From Candidatus Aminicenantales bacterium (GTDB lineage Bacteria > Acidobacteriota > Aminicenantia > Aminicenantales > Saccharicenantaceae): a DNA stretch of 64,000 bases. The number at the start of each line of letters is the position of its first letter. The first letter of the stretch is position 1. The notes under the pieces were generated by a model that was not told where the DNA came from, made no database searches, and was given only the letters and a program-made list of their open reading frames with translations. The DNA lies in assembly GCA_049512315.1 (NCBI GenBank), contig JBEKXF010000017.1, positions 1-64,000 of the forward strand, given 5' to 3'. Made by a program: the position numbers and the translations under genes. Of this stretch, positions 9,301 through 19,647 are shown one piece after another.

Positions 9301-9352
9301 TGACCCGTGTAGGACTCGAACCTACAACCCGCGGATTAAGAGTCCATTGCTC
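9301..9352 (-). pseudogene. tRNA-Lys(CTT) 3' fragment (pseudo-tRNA or att relic)
   Basis: Minus strand reads GAGCAATGGA-CTCTTAA-TCCGCGG-GTTGTAGGTTCGAGTCCTACACGGGTCA. The T-arm is intact; the 5' acceptor strand and D-arm are missing or degenerate. Confidence 0.7.
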
Positions 9353-9697
9353 CGTCTCAGATAGGCTTCTCCTCGTGCGGCACCGGTGTGCCAATATAGG
9401 TTGAAAACCGCTGAGATTACGGCTAGAGGATTGAAAGACAAAAAAGGGTGGTGGTCGGTCTTTAGGAATAATTTACAGTTTTTTAACATCTTCTTAACAA
9501 CTTTCCGCACCAGGAGAGCGATATTGGGAGCCGAGACAAGGAGATCGTTGGGGAGGTCATCCATGAAAGCTCGGGCGAAAAGTCTTCGTGGTACGGCCCT
9601 CGCATCGATTCTCGTTCTCAGTGTCCTAACATTCAAAGGTTACGGCGCCAACTTCATGATTGGATGCGGCTTCGGGTGAGGCTCCATGCTTGAAAAC

Positions 9698-9735
9698 CTC
9701 ACTTTAGAGGTGGTAAATTGAGCGGGGGCAGGTCA
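9698..9735. mobile_element. Solo IS3-family right-end remnant
   Basis: CTCACTTTAGAGGTGGTAAATTGAGCGGGGGCAGGTCA. It truncates the lactonase on one side and a signal-peptide ORF (9563-9679) on the other. Confidence 0.55.
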
Positions 9736-10141
9736 CTCCCGTCCGATTTTACGATCACATCGTTGCGGCTGTTCAGTCGCTTGCCTTCGTATCTTTCCGC
9801 AAGAGCGGTGATCGTCCTGTCGGACTCCGTTCTCGAGATTCTTCTGTTCCCGTGCTCGCAGGCGACCAAGCGCCCCTGCCTGTCCAAGGTCAGCCCGTTG
9901 GAGTTGCCGCTCGGCGAGCGGAACTTTACGATCCCACCGTCGGAGATCCATCGGTAAATAGTGTCGGCCGGAATGTCGCTGAAAAGAAGCGCGCCGTCTT
10001 TCCACAGGGGCCCTCGGTAAACCCCAATTCCTTCCCGATCTGCTGCAACCTATCTGGATTAACGATCGAGGAGATTCCGCTTTGATCCATTCCAACTGGG
10101 GCCGCTCTAATCAAGATCATTGCACAAACTGCTAATATCAT
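9736..10141 (-). pseudogene. SMP-30/gluconolactonase family, frameshifted and truncated
   Basis: GFTEGP, SNGLTLDRQGRLVACEHGNRRI and RYEGKRLNS.ND lie in two frames; cut at the IS end. Confidence 0.8.
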
Positions 10142-10731
10142 TTCTCATCCTCCTTTTTATTGCGAACCGGCCGCTTAGCTCCGTGCCTATCCTTGGGAAT
10201 AATCGGGCAGCCGGAGCTTCGAGGATCGAAGAACACGTTATGGGTCTCGTCGACCCGGTTCTGGAAGCAAATATTAACAGAGCCTTGGGGCCCCCCTTGA
10301 AACCAGTGTTCTTTCATAGGGGGGATAGTGAAATGCCGACCGATGGTGAGAGCAATTTCTTGTCGGGCGGTATAATGCGGAGTTTTGCCGGAGGGAATAT
10401 GTATCCGGGGATTGGATGGTTCGCCTTCGATGTAGACGTTCGTAGAGCCATAGAGGACACGCAGGGTTTCTTCCTTGCCCGGTTCCTGATCGTAAGCGGG
10501 GTGCAGGTGCTGTGGAAGAGTTTGGCCGGGCAGCAGGACCAATATCGTGACCCGCAACTGTGGGCTGCGCAAGATATCAATAAAGGCAAATCCTTCCTCG
10601 AAGAGATGTCCGAGGCCAAAATCGTCGATCTGAAGCTCCTGCCATTCCTCTTCGGTCAACGGAAAGCCGGATTTCCGGATCAGGTCCGCAGCCTGTCGCT
10701 TAGCTTCATTCACATGGACATCATCTGTCAT
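10138..10731 (-). CDS. D-lyxose/D-mannose family sugar isomerase (cupin)
   Basis: DFGLG, PGQTLPQHLHP, GKEET and HWFQGG motifs. Confidence 0.85.
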   Translation of the reverse strand: MTDDVHVNEAKRQAADLIRKSGFPLTEEEWQELQIDDFGLGHLFEEGFAFIDILRSPQLRVTILVLLPGQTLPQHLHPAYDQEPGKEETLRVLYGSTNVYIEGEPSNPRIHIPSGKTPHYTARQEIALTIGRHFTIPPMKEHWFQGGPQGSVNICFQNRVDETHNVFFDPRSSGCPIIPKDRHGAKRPVRNKKEDEK

Positions 10732-10743
10732 TGAGGTCTTCTT

Positions 10744-11385
10744 TCATCTAAGGATTGCCTTGATCGATTGGGCCATAGTTTCAAGAATCAGGCAGCAGGA
10801 GGCGGCGCCGGCGTCCACGATACCGCGGGAACGCTCCCCAAGCCGGCTGGCTCGTCCCACTTTGGCCATCATCTCCTTTGTCGCATCTCGGCCTTGGACA
10901 GCGGCGGAGATCATAGCATCCAGACAACCCACGAACGTTTTGCCATCGATGCAGGCCGACCGGTATGCTTCTTCCGCAGGGACAAGAACGTCCACCAGCG
11001 TTTTATCTCCGACTTTAGCCTGGCTGATCTTCCCTATCGCATCCCTACAAGATGAAAGCATGTTGCCGAAAACGGCCGCATTGATCGTCTCCGCATTCCT
11101 GCAGGCCGCGGCCATGCCTTTGAAGAAAAAGCCGTAAAGAGGCCCCATCGCCCCGCCGATTTTGGTCATCAGGGTCATGGACAGCATGTCCAGGCCCCGC
11201 GACAGATTCCCCGGGGAGGCGGCGAACCGCTCCGAAAAGATCATGAATCCCTTGTTCATATTAATCCCGTGGTCGCCGTCGCCGATGGCGCCGTCGATAT
11301 CCGAAAGGGACTGTTTGTGGTCCCGGATGGCCTTGACCAGGGCCGGGAGGATCCGGCCTCCGTCCGAGTTGCGGAATCCCGTCAT
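10744..11385 (-). CDS. dhaL: Dihydroxyacetone kinase-like subunit L
   Basis: IGDGDHG, GGAMGPLYG, GDKTLVD, AKVGRASRLGERS and DAGA motifs. Confidence 0.88.
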   Translation of the reverse strand: MTGFRNSDGGRILPALVKAIRDHKQSLSDIDGAIGDGDHGINMNKGFMIFSERFAASPGNLSRGLDMLSMTLMTKIGGAMGPLYGFFFKGMAAACRNAETINAAVFGNMLSSCRDAIGKISQAKVGDKTLVDVLVPAEEAYRSACIDGKTFVGCLDAMISAAVQGRDATKEMMAKVGRASRLGERSRGIVDAGAASCCLILETMAQSIKAILR

Positions 11386-11399
11386 GAACGCATCCGCTC

Positions 11400-12395
11400 T
11401 CATTGGCAGAATCCCGCAGATTCGGCCGCATAATCTACGCACTGTCTGAGGCTCTCGTCAACTTTCATGATCTTCAGCGTCACGCCGGCCATTTCCAGCG
11501 AGGTGAAATAATTGCCGATATAGGGACGATAGACAGCGATCTTCTTGCCGTCCAGGATCCTGGCCACTTCGTTGAAGAAGATGTACAGTTCCATCAGCGG
11601 CGTCGAACCCAGCCCCGAAACCAGCACGACGACCTCATCCCCGGCCTGGAAGGGCAGGTCCGGCAGGATGATGTCGGTCATCCGCTCCGCCATCCTCGCG
11701 GCTGGCTCGATCTCGACGACGCTAAGTCCCGGTTCGCCATGATGGCCGATGCCGACCTCCATCTTTCCCGGCTCGATAAGGAAGTTGGGGTGTCCGACCT
11801 CCGGGATCGTGCAGGGGCTCAGGCCGATCCCCATGCTGCGCGTATTGTCGATGGCTTTCTGGGCCTCAGCGACGACCTCGTCGAGATCGGCCCTCATCGC
11901 CGCCTTTGCGCCACCAACTTTCCACATCAGGATCTCGCCGGCGACGCCGCGCCGTTTATCGCGCTCTTCCTTGGAGGCCGACGGCACATCGTCGTTGGCG
12001 ACGACCGTCTTGACCGAAAGGCCGCATTCCTGGGCCATCTCGATTGCCAGCCTGACGTTCATATTGTCGCCGGCGTAGTTCCCATACAGACAAGCCACCC
12101 CTTTCCCGCCGTCGGCCTCCTTGAAAGCGTCATAGAACGTCTGGGCCGGAGGGGAGGAGAAGATCTCCCCGACGGCGACGGCATCGATCATGTTGCGGCC
12201 AATGTAGCCGATAAAAGCGGGTTTATGGCCGGAACCGCCGCCGGTGACGACGCCGACCTTGTTTACGATCGGCGATCCCGAGAATTTCAGGACGCGCGGG
12301 TTGGCCGTGCGGGCGACTCGGTCCGGATGTGCCTTGATAAAACCTTCGAGCATCTCATCGACAACGGCTTGCGGGTTGTTGATGATCTTTTGCAT
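11400..12395 (-). CDS. dhaK: Dihydroxyacetone kinase-like subunit K
   Basis: GGGSGHKP, GEIFSSP, NYAGD, RRGVAG, GIGHHGEPG and TSLEMAG motifs. Confidence 0.9.
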   Translation of the reverse strand: MQKIINNPQAVVDEMLEGFIKAHPDRVARTANPRVLKFSGSPIVNKVGVVTGGGSGHKPAFIGYIGRNMIDAVAVGEIFSSPPAQTFYDAFKEADGGKGVACLYGNYAGDNMNVRLAIEMAQECGLSVKTVVANDDVPSASKEERDKRRGVAGEILMWKVGGAKAAMRADLDEVVAEAQKAIDNTRSMGIGLSPCTIPEVGHPNFLIEPGKMEVGIGHHGEPGLSVVEIEPAARMAERMTDIILPDLPFQAGDEVVVLVSGLGSTPLMELYIFFNEVARILDGKKIAVYRPYIGNYFTSLEMAGVTLKIMKVDESLRQCVDYAAESAGFCQ

Positions 12396-12408
12396 GGCAC
12401 ACTCCTGA

Positions 12409-12876
12409 TTATTTATGGAACGACCGTCGTTCCAGTTCCCGGAGCCGGTCCACCTTCGGGGCAGACCCCCCGCCTTGGAATTCCGAATTCACGAAGGCGT
12501 CCACGATCATCTTCGCCAGTTCGGGGCCAATGACGCGAGCCCCCATCGTCAGGATCTGGGCATCGTTGCTTTTCCTGAGCCGCTCGGCTGAATAGACGTC
12601 ATGGCAGACCCCTGCGTAGACGCCTTCGATCTTGTTGGCGATCATCGCCATCCCCAGCCCCGTGCCGCAGATCAGGATGCCTAGATCGAATTTCCTTCGC
12701 TGTATCTCCAGGGCCAGGTTGTACCCGATCTCCGGGTAGGAGGCCTTCTTTCGGCCCAGATAGTCCAGGTCCGCGATCGACACGCCGCGCTTCGTGAGGT
12801 GCTCGACGATGATCCGTTTCAATTCTATCGCCGCGTCATCCGCGTCAATGGCCACGTTGATCTTCGGCAAAACCAT
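12409..12876 (-). CDS. RpiB/LacA/LacB family sugar-phosphate isomerase
   Basis: GILICGTGLGMAMIANK, SNDAQILTMGARVIG and FQGG motifs. Confidence 0.9.
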   Translation of the reverse strand: MVLPKINVAIDADDAAIELKRIIVEHLTKRGVSIADLDYLGRKKASYPEIGYNLALEIQRRKFDLGILICGTGLGMAMIANKIEGVYAGVCHDVYSAERLRKSNDAQILTMGARVIGPELAKMIVDAFVNSEFQGGGSAPKVDRLRELERRSFHK

Positions 12877-12896
12877 GGCGTTTCGACTCTCCTTGA

Positions 12897-13868
12897 CTAG
12901 AGTCTAAAAATGAACTTTTCGACGAACTTCCATGTCTCCAGGAAATTGCCGGCGCGGAGTAGCTTCCTGAATCTCGCGCGATCCAAAGACAGCAGCCGAT
13001 CCCAGATCTTCTGGGTCATTCGGATATTGGCTTTAAACGTCCCGACGATATCCCAGCGGGTGGGCGAGGTGTCCGAGGTCAGAAAGCCCTTGTACTTGAA
13101 TTCCTGAAGATAGAACAGAAACTCCGCGTATTCGAGGAAATTGTGGGAGGCAACCATATAATCCCAATCCCACCTGCCGTTGTTGTCGTTGATATGGATG
13201 TAATAGGGATAGCGACTATTGGCCAGAATCGAGACGATCTCGGCGGGGTTCTCCTGGCCGTATTTCGAATGACCATAGTCTATCGTGACCCCCATTTGCC
13301 CGATCCCGATGTCATTGAGAAGGCACAGAGTCTTAGCCGCGGTATCCACAAAGCAGTGTCCCCGGATTTCGCTCGGCTTATACTCGATAAAAAGCGGGAT
13401 CTCCTTTTTGTAGTCTCCCGCCTCTCCGAGCGTCTCCACCAGGTATTTCCACATTTGGGCATAGTCGCATTGGAAAGCAAATTCGTATCCGTCGCCGAGG
13501 GGACAGCAGGTGACCTTGTCGGCGCCCACGATCTGGGAAAAGTCCTTGGCGTCTTTGATGAATTGAACGGCTTTTTTCCGGACCGCGGCATCCCGGGAGG
13601 ACAGTCCGCCGTTGCGGAATTCCGGCTCGGCCTTGACATTAACATTGACGGCGGCGACTGCGAGCCCGTACTTCTTCAACAGCGGCGTCAGTGATTTCCC
13701 GTCCTTGACTTCGTAGGGGAAAACCACTTCGACGCCGGACATCCCCTTCATTTTCGAGGCCAGGGCCATTTTCTGTTCAAGAGTGAGGTCGGCGTTGTAC
13801 TCTTGAAAACGGTCTTTGGTCTTCCCGACAAAAGAGGTGATCAGGCCATATCGGACGTCCTTGGTCAT
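12897..13868 (-). CDS. Xylose isomerase-like TIM-barrel sugar isomerase/epimerase
   Basis: EYKP.E, GVTIDYGH and HINDN..WDWD motifs. Confidence 0.85.
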   Translation of the reverse strand: MTKDVRYGLITSFVGKTKDRFQEYNADLTLEQKMALASKMKGMSGVEVVFPYEVKDGKSLTPLLKKYGLAVAAVNVNVKAEPEFRNGGLSSRDAAVRKKAVQFIKDAKDFSQIVGADKVTCCPLGDGYEFAFQCDYAQMWKYLVETLGEAGDYKKEIPLFIEYKPSEIRGHCFVDTAAKTLCLLNDIGIGQMGVTIDYGHSKYGQENPAEIVSILANSRYPYYIHINDNNGRWDWDYMVASHNFLEYAEFLFYLQEFKYKGFLTSDTSPTRWDIVGTFKANIRMTQKIWDRLLSLDRARFRKLLRAGNFLETWKFVEKFIFRL

Positions 13869-14740
13869 GGCATCGCTGCTCCTTGGGATAAAAGATACTT
13901 CAAGCCATTCCTATACTCGTCGAAAACCCGTTCGGGCGGACAGCCGATCTCGATATCGAGACTACCGGTGTATCCAGCCGCCCGCAGGTTCTTAAGAAGC
14001 GGCTTCCATTCGATACTCCCCTTACCGGGAGAGAGCTTGCCGTTCTCGTTGCCGTTATTGTCGCCCAGATGAGTGCCATAGATGCGTCCCCGCAATTCAA
14101 ACGGCAGAAGAGGCAAGATCTCCCCGCTCGCCCGGGCGTTTCCGGTGTCGAAATTGATCCCCAGATGATCCGAACCGACCTCGTCACACAGCTCGATGAA
14201 CCGCCGAACGCCGCCGATAATCGAAAACGGCAGGATCTCGAGCGCCAAGAACATCCCGGCGCCGGCGACAACCTTCAGGCAATTATGGATCTTCTCCGTA
14301 CGCCGTTTCATCAGATCCCCGAACCAGGCTTCGTCCATTCCGGAGTAACGCCCCCAATCGACTTTTATCGGCAGCATGGGGACCGTTAGCGTCGCGCAGC
14401 CTTCGAAAACCTTGGCGCATTCCACCGCCTGTCTGAGTTCTTCGAGGCCTGCCCGGGAAGCTATCATTTCGGGGGTCGAAAAGAACTCTTCCATGTAATG
14501 GGCCACGAACTGGGTCGGCGTCAGGCCGGCTTCCCTGGCCGCTTGAGCCACCTCCCGTGCGCCGCCATCCATCCAGTCCGGAAGGGTCTCCTTTCTCGCG
14601 ATCTCCGGCTGAAACGCCGAAAAGCCGAGCGCCCGGACATGGGGCAGCGCCGCGCAGAAAGACGGCACGGAAAAATCCGGCCCGTACAGGCTGGCGACGA
14701 ACGCCGGACTCACGCCAAAGGTGTTCGTTCCCTTGTCCAT
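13865..14740 (-). CDS. Sugar phosphate isomerase/epimerase (AP endonuclease 2 fold)
   Basis: LALE, GINFDTGN, HLGDN, PGKGSIEW and GYTG..DIE motifs. Confidence 0.8.
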   Translation of the reverse strand: MDKGTNTFGVSPAFVASLYGPDFSVPSFCAALPHVRALGFSAFQPEIARKETLPDWMDGGAREVAQAAREAGLTPTQFVAHYMEEFFSTPEMIASRAGLEELRQAVECAKVFEGCATLTVPMLPIKVDWGRYSGMDEAWFGDLMKRRTEKIHNCLKVVAGAGMFLALEILPFSIIGGVRRFIELCDEVGSDHLGINFDTGNARASGEILPLLPFELRGRIYGTHLGDNNGNENGKLSPGKGSIEWKPLLKNLRAAGYTGSLDIEIGCPPERVFDEYRNGLKYLLSQGAAMP

Positions 14741-16008
14741 TAATATTCCTCGAGGGCATTCTCGGGTTTCATCATCATCCAGGCCAGGGCCGCAAGGACC
14801 TCAAGTCCGGCCGCAAGAAAGAAATAGGCATGAACGGAACCTGTCCAGTCCTTCAAATAAGCATAGGCCAGCCCCGTGATGAAAGAGCCCAGATTGCCGG
14901 CCATGTTCATCGTCGCGGAAACCGTTCCGGCGTGCTTATGGCCCACATCAACGCAGAATGACCAGGAGGAGCTGAGCGTCATGTCCGCGCCCAGAAGCGC
15001 CAGGGTCAAGAACAGGACGGCGGAAAGCACCGTTTCCATGCGCAGGAACATCATGACACCGAATGCGGCCAGGAGAAAGCCGATGACGGCCGGCAGTCGC
15101 CGCGACAATCCCCACTTTCCCTGTTTATAAAGATGATCGACCACGGCCCCGGAAATCCAGTTGCCCGCCGCCCCCCCCCGCCCAGCAAGGGTATCGCCGT
15201 CCACAGTCCGGCCTGCAGCGATCCCAGCTGAAAACGGGTCCTGATGTCGGTAAACGCCCAGCCGAGACAGAAAAAGAAGGTAAAATTGCTGGCGAAATAT
15301 TGGAACATGACGAGCCACATGTTTTTAGAGCTCAGCAGGGTTCCCATGGACAGGCGGTCTTTCTGGCCGGGCGTGGGCTGTTGGCAGTTTTGCAGGATAT
15401 ATGAGGTCTCTTCCGCAGTGATGGAACGATGCTGAGGCGGGTCGTCCCGGAACCAGAGATACAAGACAACAGCCCAAGTCAAGCCGATGGAAGCCTGAAG
15501 GAAGAAGGTCTGCCGCCATCCTATCCCTGATTATGACAAGAGCCACCAACGGCAGGGCGATGGCCGCCCCAAGACGGCCGCCGGAAAAATTGATGCCGTT
15601 AACGATCCCCCGTTCCTTCATCGGGATCCAGGAATACGACACCCGGGCGATTCCCGGAAACGCTCCGGCCTCTCCCAGCCCGAAAAAGAATCGGCAGACC
15701 GCCAAGGAGGCGAGATTCCAGGCCACTCCGGTGAGGGCGGTGAACGTCGCCCAGGCCGCAACCACCCTGGAAAGAATCCGGCGCGGACCGAAGCGGTCGG
15801 CCAACGCCCCGGCGGGGACCTGAAACAAGGCATACCCCAGAGCGAAGGCCGACAGGACCCAGCCGAACTGCTTGTCGGTAAGATTCAGGTCGCCGGTGAT
15901 CCCCTCCTTAGCGACGGAAATGGAGCTCCTGTCGATATAGAGAATGATCGACAGAAGAAAAGTGGCAATCACCAGCCGGAAGCGTACTGGAAGCCGGCGC
16001 CGCTTCAT
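14740..16008 (-). pseudogene. MFS transporter (sugar-acid/ACS type) split by two frameshifts
   Basis: YIDRSSISVA, G.LADRFGPR and GEAGAFP in frame 1; WFRDDP..H in frame 2; MNMAGNLG in frame 3. Breaks at ~15525 and at the poly-C run ~15170-15179. Confidence 0.8.
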
Positions 16009-16189
16009 TGATACCCCCGGTCGGCCGGTATCCCATCAAAATTCGCCCGAACCCGGTTTTCCATTCCCTCCCCGCTGGGGACCGATCTCATAGCTTCCGC
16101 CTTGTCAAGGTACGCACGGAATGCGTCCGCGCGCGCCGCTCCCCCGGCATCATTCAAGCCTGGTATGTCCCTTTCAATTGGTCTCCCGG

Positions 16190-17236
16190 CTAATCCTTCT
16201 GACATGAGAACATTTCGATGGATTCCAAATGCCCCCCTCCGCGGTTAGGACTGCCCGAGGCCACATAAATCCTGTCCTGGAAAACGATAGCCTGGGTCCC
16301 GTGGCGGCCTTGTTGCAGCGGGGCCAACAGGGTCCAGGTCTCCGTCCGCGGATCAAAGGCACGGGTCGCATTGAGGGCATCTCTCGCGGTCTCCCCGCCG
16401 AAATAGATGATCCGCCCGGCCAGATAAACCGTGCCAGCGGCCGCCGAACCCACAGGCAGGTTCGCTTGGGGGCCCAGGGTGGTCCATGTCCCCTTCTTGA
16501 AATCATAGCAGTCCATCTCGAGGTTGACCGCGCCGAAAAAGGCGTCGAAGGTGGGTTCATGGTAACTGGTGTTGCGGCCTCCAATGCAGAAGAACTTGTC
16601 GTCTACGACGATCGCAAAGAAGTGGTCGCGGATATGGGGGGCATCCTGAAGGCTCCGCCACGTGTCCGTTGCCGGATCATACTCATCGAACCAGGCCACG
16701 GTCCCGCTGGTATGTCCATTGATGATCCCGCCCGCGAGATAGATTTTTCCATTGTAAATCGCGGTGCCCGCCGACCCGCGGCTTCGGGCTTGGGGGATCG
16801 TCGCCCCTTCGGTCCAAAGGTCCTTCTTGGGGTCGTAGATCTGAATCCGCGGCAAGGCTGTCTCGGTCGGATAATTGCCGGTCATGGCTCCGAGCATATA
16901 GACCTTCTGATCCAGAATGACCGGCTGGAAATGATGAATCAAAGGGGTCGTCACGTTCATCTTCTTCCAGACGAGCGTCTCCGGATCGAACTGGTCGATC
17001 TTCAGGGACTCGCGTCCCCCGATCAGATAGAACTTGCCCTCGACATCCACGAACGCGGTCTCGTGACGGCCCGTCGGGCTACCGGTGCAGTTCAAGGTGG
17101 TCCATCGGCAGTTCGGATCTAATTTTGGGCCACAGGCTGGGGAACCGGCGCTATCCTTGGCCAAGAATCCGCAGAGACAGGGGACTATCAGCATCATGAG
17201 AAGTCCGGCCAGACAGGCCTCGCAGAAAATGTTCAT
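16190..17236 (-). CDS. Secreted Kelch-repeat beta-propeller protein
   Basis: Repeated IYL.GG...YDP...W units and a hydrophobic leader. Confidence 0.85.
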   Translation of the reverse strand: MNIFCEACLAGLLMMLIVPCLCGFLAKDSAGSPACGPKLDPNCRWTTLNCTGSPTGRHETAFVDVEGKFYLIGGRESLKIDQFDPETLVWKKMNVTTPLIHHFQPVILDQKVYMLGAMTGNYPTETALPRIQIYDPKKDLWTEGATIPQARSRGSAGTAIYNGKIYLAGGIINGHTSGTVAWFDEYDPATDTWRSLQDAPHIRDHFFAIVVDDKFFCIGGRNTSYHEPTFDAFFGAVNLEMDCYDFKKGTWTTLGPQANLPVGSAAAGTVYLAGRIIYFGGETARDALNATRAFDPRTETWTLLAPLQQGRHGTQAIVFQDRIYVASGSPNRGGGHLESIEMFSCQKD

Positions 17237-18399
17237 TTTGCATCTCCTTTTTTTTCATCTTTGTCATCGACGGGAGGCCGATCCCCAGGAGCCTCGGGAT
17301 CGTAGCCCGTGATCTGGGAAATCAAGCGGAAGAACCCGACCTCGCGCTCGGAGCCGATCCCCCGGTCTACGGGCACGGACTGGAACCCGTCCTCGAATCC
17401 CTCGCCGCGCATCCGGAAGTCGAAGTACCCCCAGGAGGCATGCTCGCTGAGCGCGGCGATACAGTTGTTCATCGGCTTATCGAAGTTAAAATGGTCCTCC
17501 TCGTTGAAAAGGGCGGGTTTGGCCGCATGGCCCGGGACGGACCGCGTCTGCCGGACCATTCCGCGGATCCGATCCGGGTCGCTGACGCCGTTGTCGTGAA
17601 TGAGCAGGAAATTTGCGGCCCGGACCACCTCCTCGCCGGGGGGGATATCTCCGCCATCGTAAAAAGTGCTCACGAGCAGTCGCCGGCCGTCGCGCGTGGT
17701 GCCTTTGACGCGCGCGATAAGCTCGTGGACACGGTTCGGCCGGAGGATCGCGTAGTTATAATTCGGGTTGGTTTCGTTGGCGATCTCCACGAGCGCGTTC
17801 CGCCAGCCGCCATCTAGAAGCAAATTCGTGGCGTCATCGACCGCGCGGACAACGGCGGCCTCGTCCAAGAGGCGCTCATCCTGGCCGAAGTAGAAGTAGC
17901 CGACGATGGGGGCCATGCCCAGCTCATCGGCGAAATCCAGGATAGCTCGGAGGCGTTCGAAGTAGGCCGGGCGCAAACGGCCGCCGGGTTCGAAGGCGCT
18001 ATTGATCCAGGGCTGACCTTTGGAATAGCCCTCGAGGGAAGCGCCCTTTAGGTTGATAGTGAAGGACAACGGCCTATGACACCGCCACTTGGGCATGGCC
18101 GCAAGGAACTCCCGGGTATTACGCGCGGGATCCCATCGTCCGGTATCCGGGTAAGCCCACCGGGCCGCGGTCTGCGGATCCAGGTCGTCATACACACCTT
18201 GGACCATGCGGGAGTTCATCAACAACCCCTCGATCCGATGGCCGTGCCAGGCGAGGCCAGCATAGGTGGGCCGACCGTTGATGAGGAAATCGTCCCCTCG
18301 AATGCTTACCGTCGTGCAGCGTAAGGGCACAATAGACGTCCCAGCCACAACGAGAAGCGACAACAGCAAAGGAAGGAGAGCCAAATAGAACAATCTCAC
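17233..18399 (-). CDS. Secreted hypothetical protein, glycoside hydrolase-like TIM barrel
   Basis: FLINGRPTY, LVEIANE and FNEEDH motifs; GTG start after GGAGG and a signal peptide. Confidence 0.6.
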   Translation of the reverse strand: MRLFYLALLPLLLSLLVVAGTSIVPLRCTTVSIRGDDFLINGRPTYAGLAWHGHRIEGLLMNSRMVQGVYDDLDPQTAARWAYPDTGRWDPARNTREFLAAMPKWRCHRPLSFTINLKGASLEGYSKGQPWINSAFEPGGRLRPAYFERLRAILDFADELGMAPIVGYFYFGQDERLLDEAAVVRAVDDATNLLLDGGWRNALVEIANETNPNYNYAILRPNRVHELIARVKGTTRDGRRLLVSTFYDGGDIPPGEEVVRAANFLLIHDNGVSDPDRIRGMVRQTRSVPGHAAKPALFNEEDHFNFDKPMNNCIAALSEHASWGYFDFRMRGEGFEDGFQSVPVDRGIGSEREVGFFRLISQITGYDPEAPGDRPPVDDKDEKKGDAK

Positions 18400-18534
18400 C
18401 TTCAGACCTCCAAGGATTTGGGGGAGGCATCCCGCAACTGGAGCGTGGCGGATCCGGCTCAGTTCACGGCGGACCTGACGCATAATTTATCTTTAATCCA
18501 AGGTTTCTTCCGGGTTTTTTCCGAGACCGGCGTT

Positions 18535-19027
18535 CTACCGGTCGATCCTCCACCAGAACTCCCAGTTGAGCATGAGCCAATCATCCTTGCGATCAAGGAG
18601 CATGCCCAGCAGCTTACCTTCGCCGCAGATCCCATCCCATTTCCCGGTTCCCGCATAGAAACGGAAGGTGCCAGGCCCCTCGGCATACCACCATGAGTAG
18701 ATCATCTAGGTCGAATCTCCATCGGGGTCCGTTATTTCACAAAGGGCGACCTCGCCGACGGCCTTGTCGTCCGGGCCCTTTACCGTAGTTCCGCGGGCAA
18801 AGAAGGTCGCCTGGTGCCACGGGCTATCGGGGCTCCCGCTGACCATCACGCCCTTTCGGCTGTACGCCACCAGGGTCATCCGGATTTCATGGTTTTCGTG
18901 CTCTCCGTGAATGATGGCCAGCGAAAACATAACCCGTATCCGTCCCTTCCTTGGCATGGCCCAGGGTGACGAGCCCCAGGCAGAACATGATCATGGGCAG
19001 AATCCCGACAAAAATCCTCTTCTTCAT
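18535..19027 (-). pseudogene. Secreted hypothetical protein (frameshift plus in-frame TAG)
   Basis: The signal-peptide frame shifts to ...PDSPWHQ...DPDGDST*, and this frame continues MIYSWW...GTGKWDGICGEG...RIDR*. Confidence 0.55.
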
Positions 19028-19073
19028 TGATGTCCTCCCCTTAATATTTGCCTGGTAAACATTATGCTTTTTA

Positions 19074-19091
19074 TATATTGTCTGCAATATA
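19074..19091. promoter_or_regulatory. Palindromic operator upstream of the catabolic operon
   Basis: TATATTG-TCTG-CAATATA. A similar TATTG-CACT-CAGTA occurs at 22280-22293, upstream of the GntR gene. Confidence 0.5.
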
Positions 19092-19647
19092 ATGAATGAA
19101 ATATTACAACCCCGGGCGATTGTCAAGAGCGATTTGCCTAGGACTTAACCCATTTTTTCCAGGAGTCGAACAGGAGCCGCTTGATTCCCTTCGAGAGGGC
19201 ATAAAGACGAAAGCCGGGATTCCAAATACGCGCAAGGCCGCTCGGATCACGTAAAGTCGTCGCGGTTATTTCCGCCGTTGCAGTAGAGGTCTTATGAACG
19301 TCAACTAATATTCCCGTTTGACGACAAATTTTTTTCCCCGATTCGGTGAAGCATATTTATTTGAGCCCCAAAAGCCGATTTTTGACCGCACGGCCAAAAA
19401 TCGGCTTCGCCATTTGCCCTGCGAGGGACGATCGCGATTCCGTCCATTTCAAACCACGGCCTCCGACGCGGGCGCCAATGCCGCCCGCGTCCCAAAATAA
19501 ACTTCATACAGCGTCCGGCAGTCCGGCGTCTCATGCGATCGTTCGTTTTTGTAAAACTCGAAATAGTCGGAAAGGTGTATCCTCAAAGGCAATGCAAAAT
19601 CATTTTTAAAAAAAAGGACCTTGACGGGAGGCGGACATAGTTGTTAC

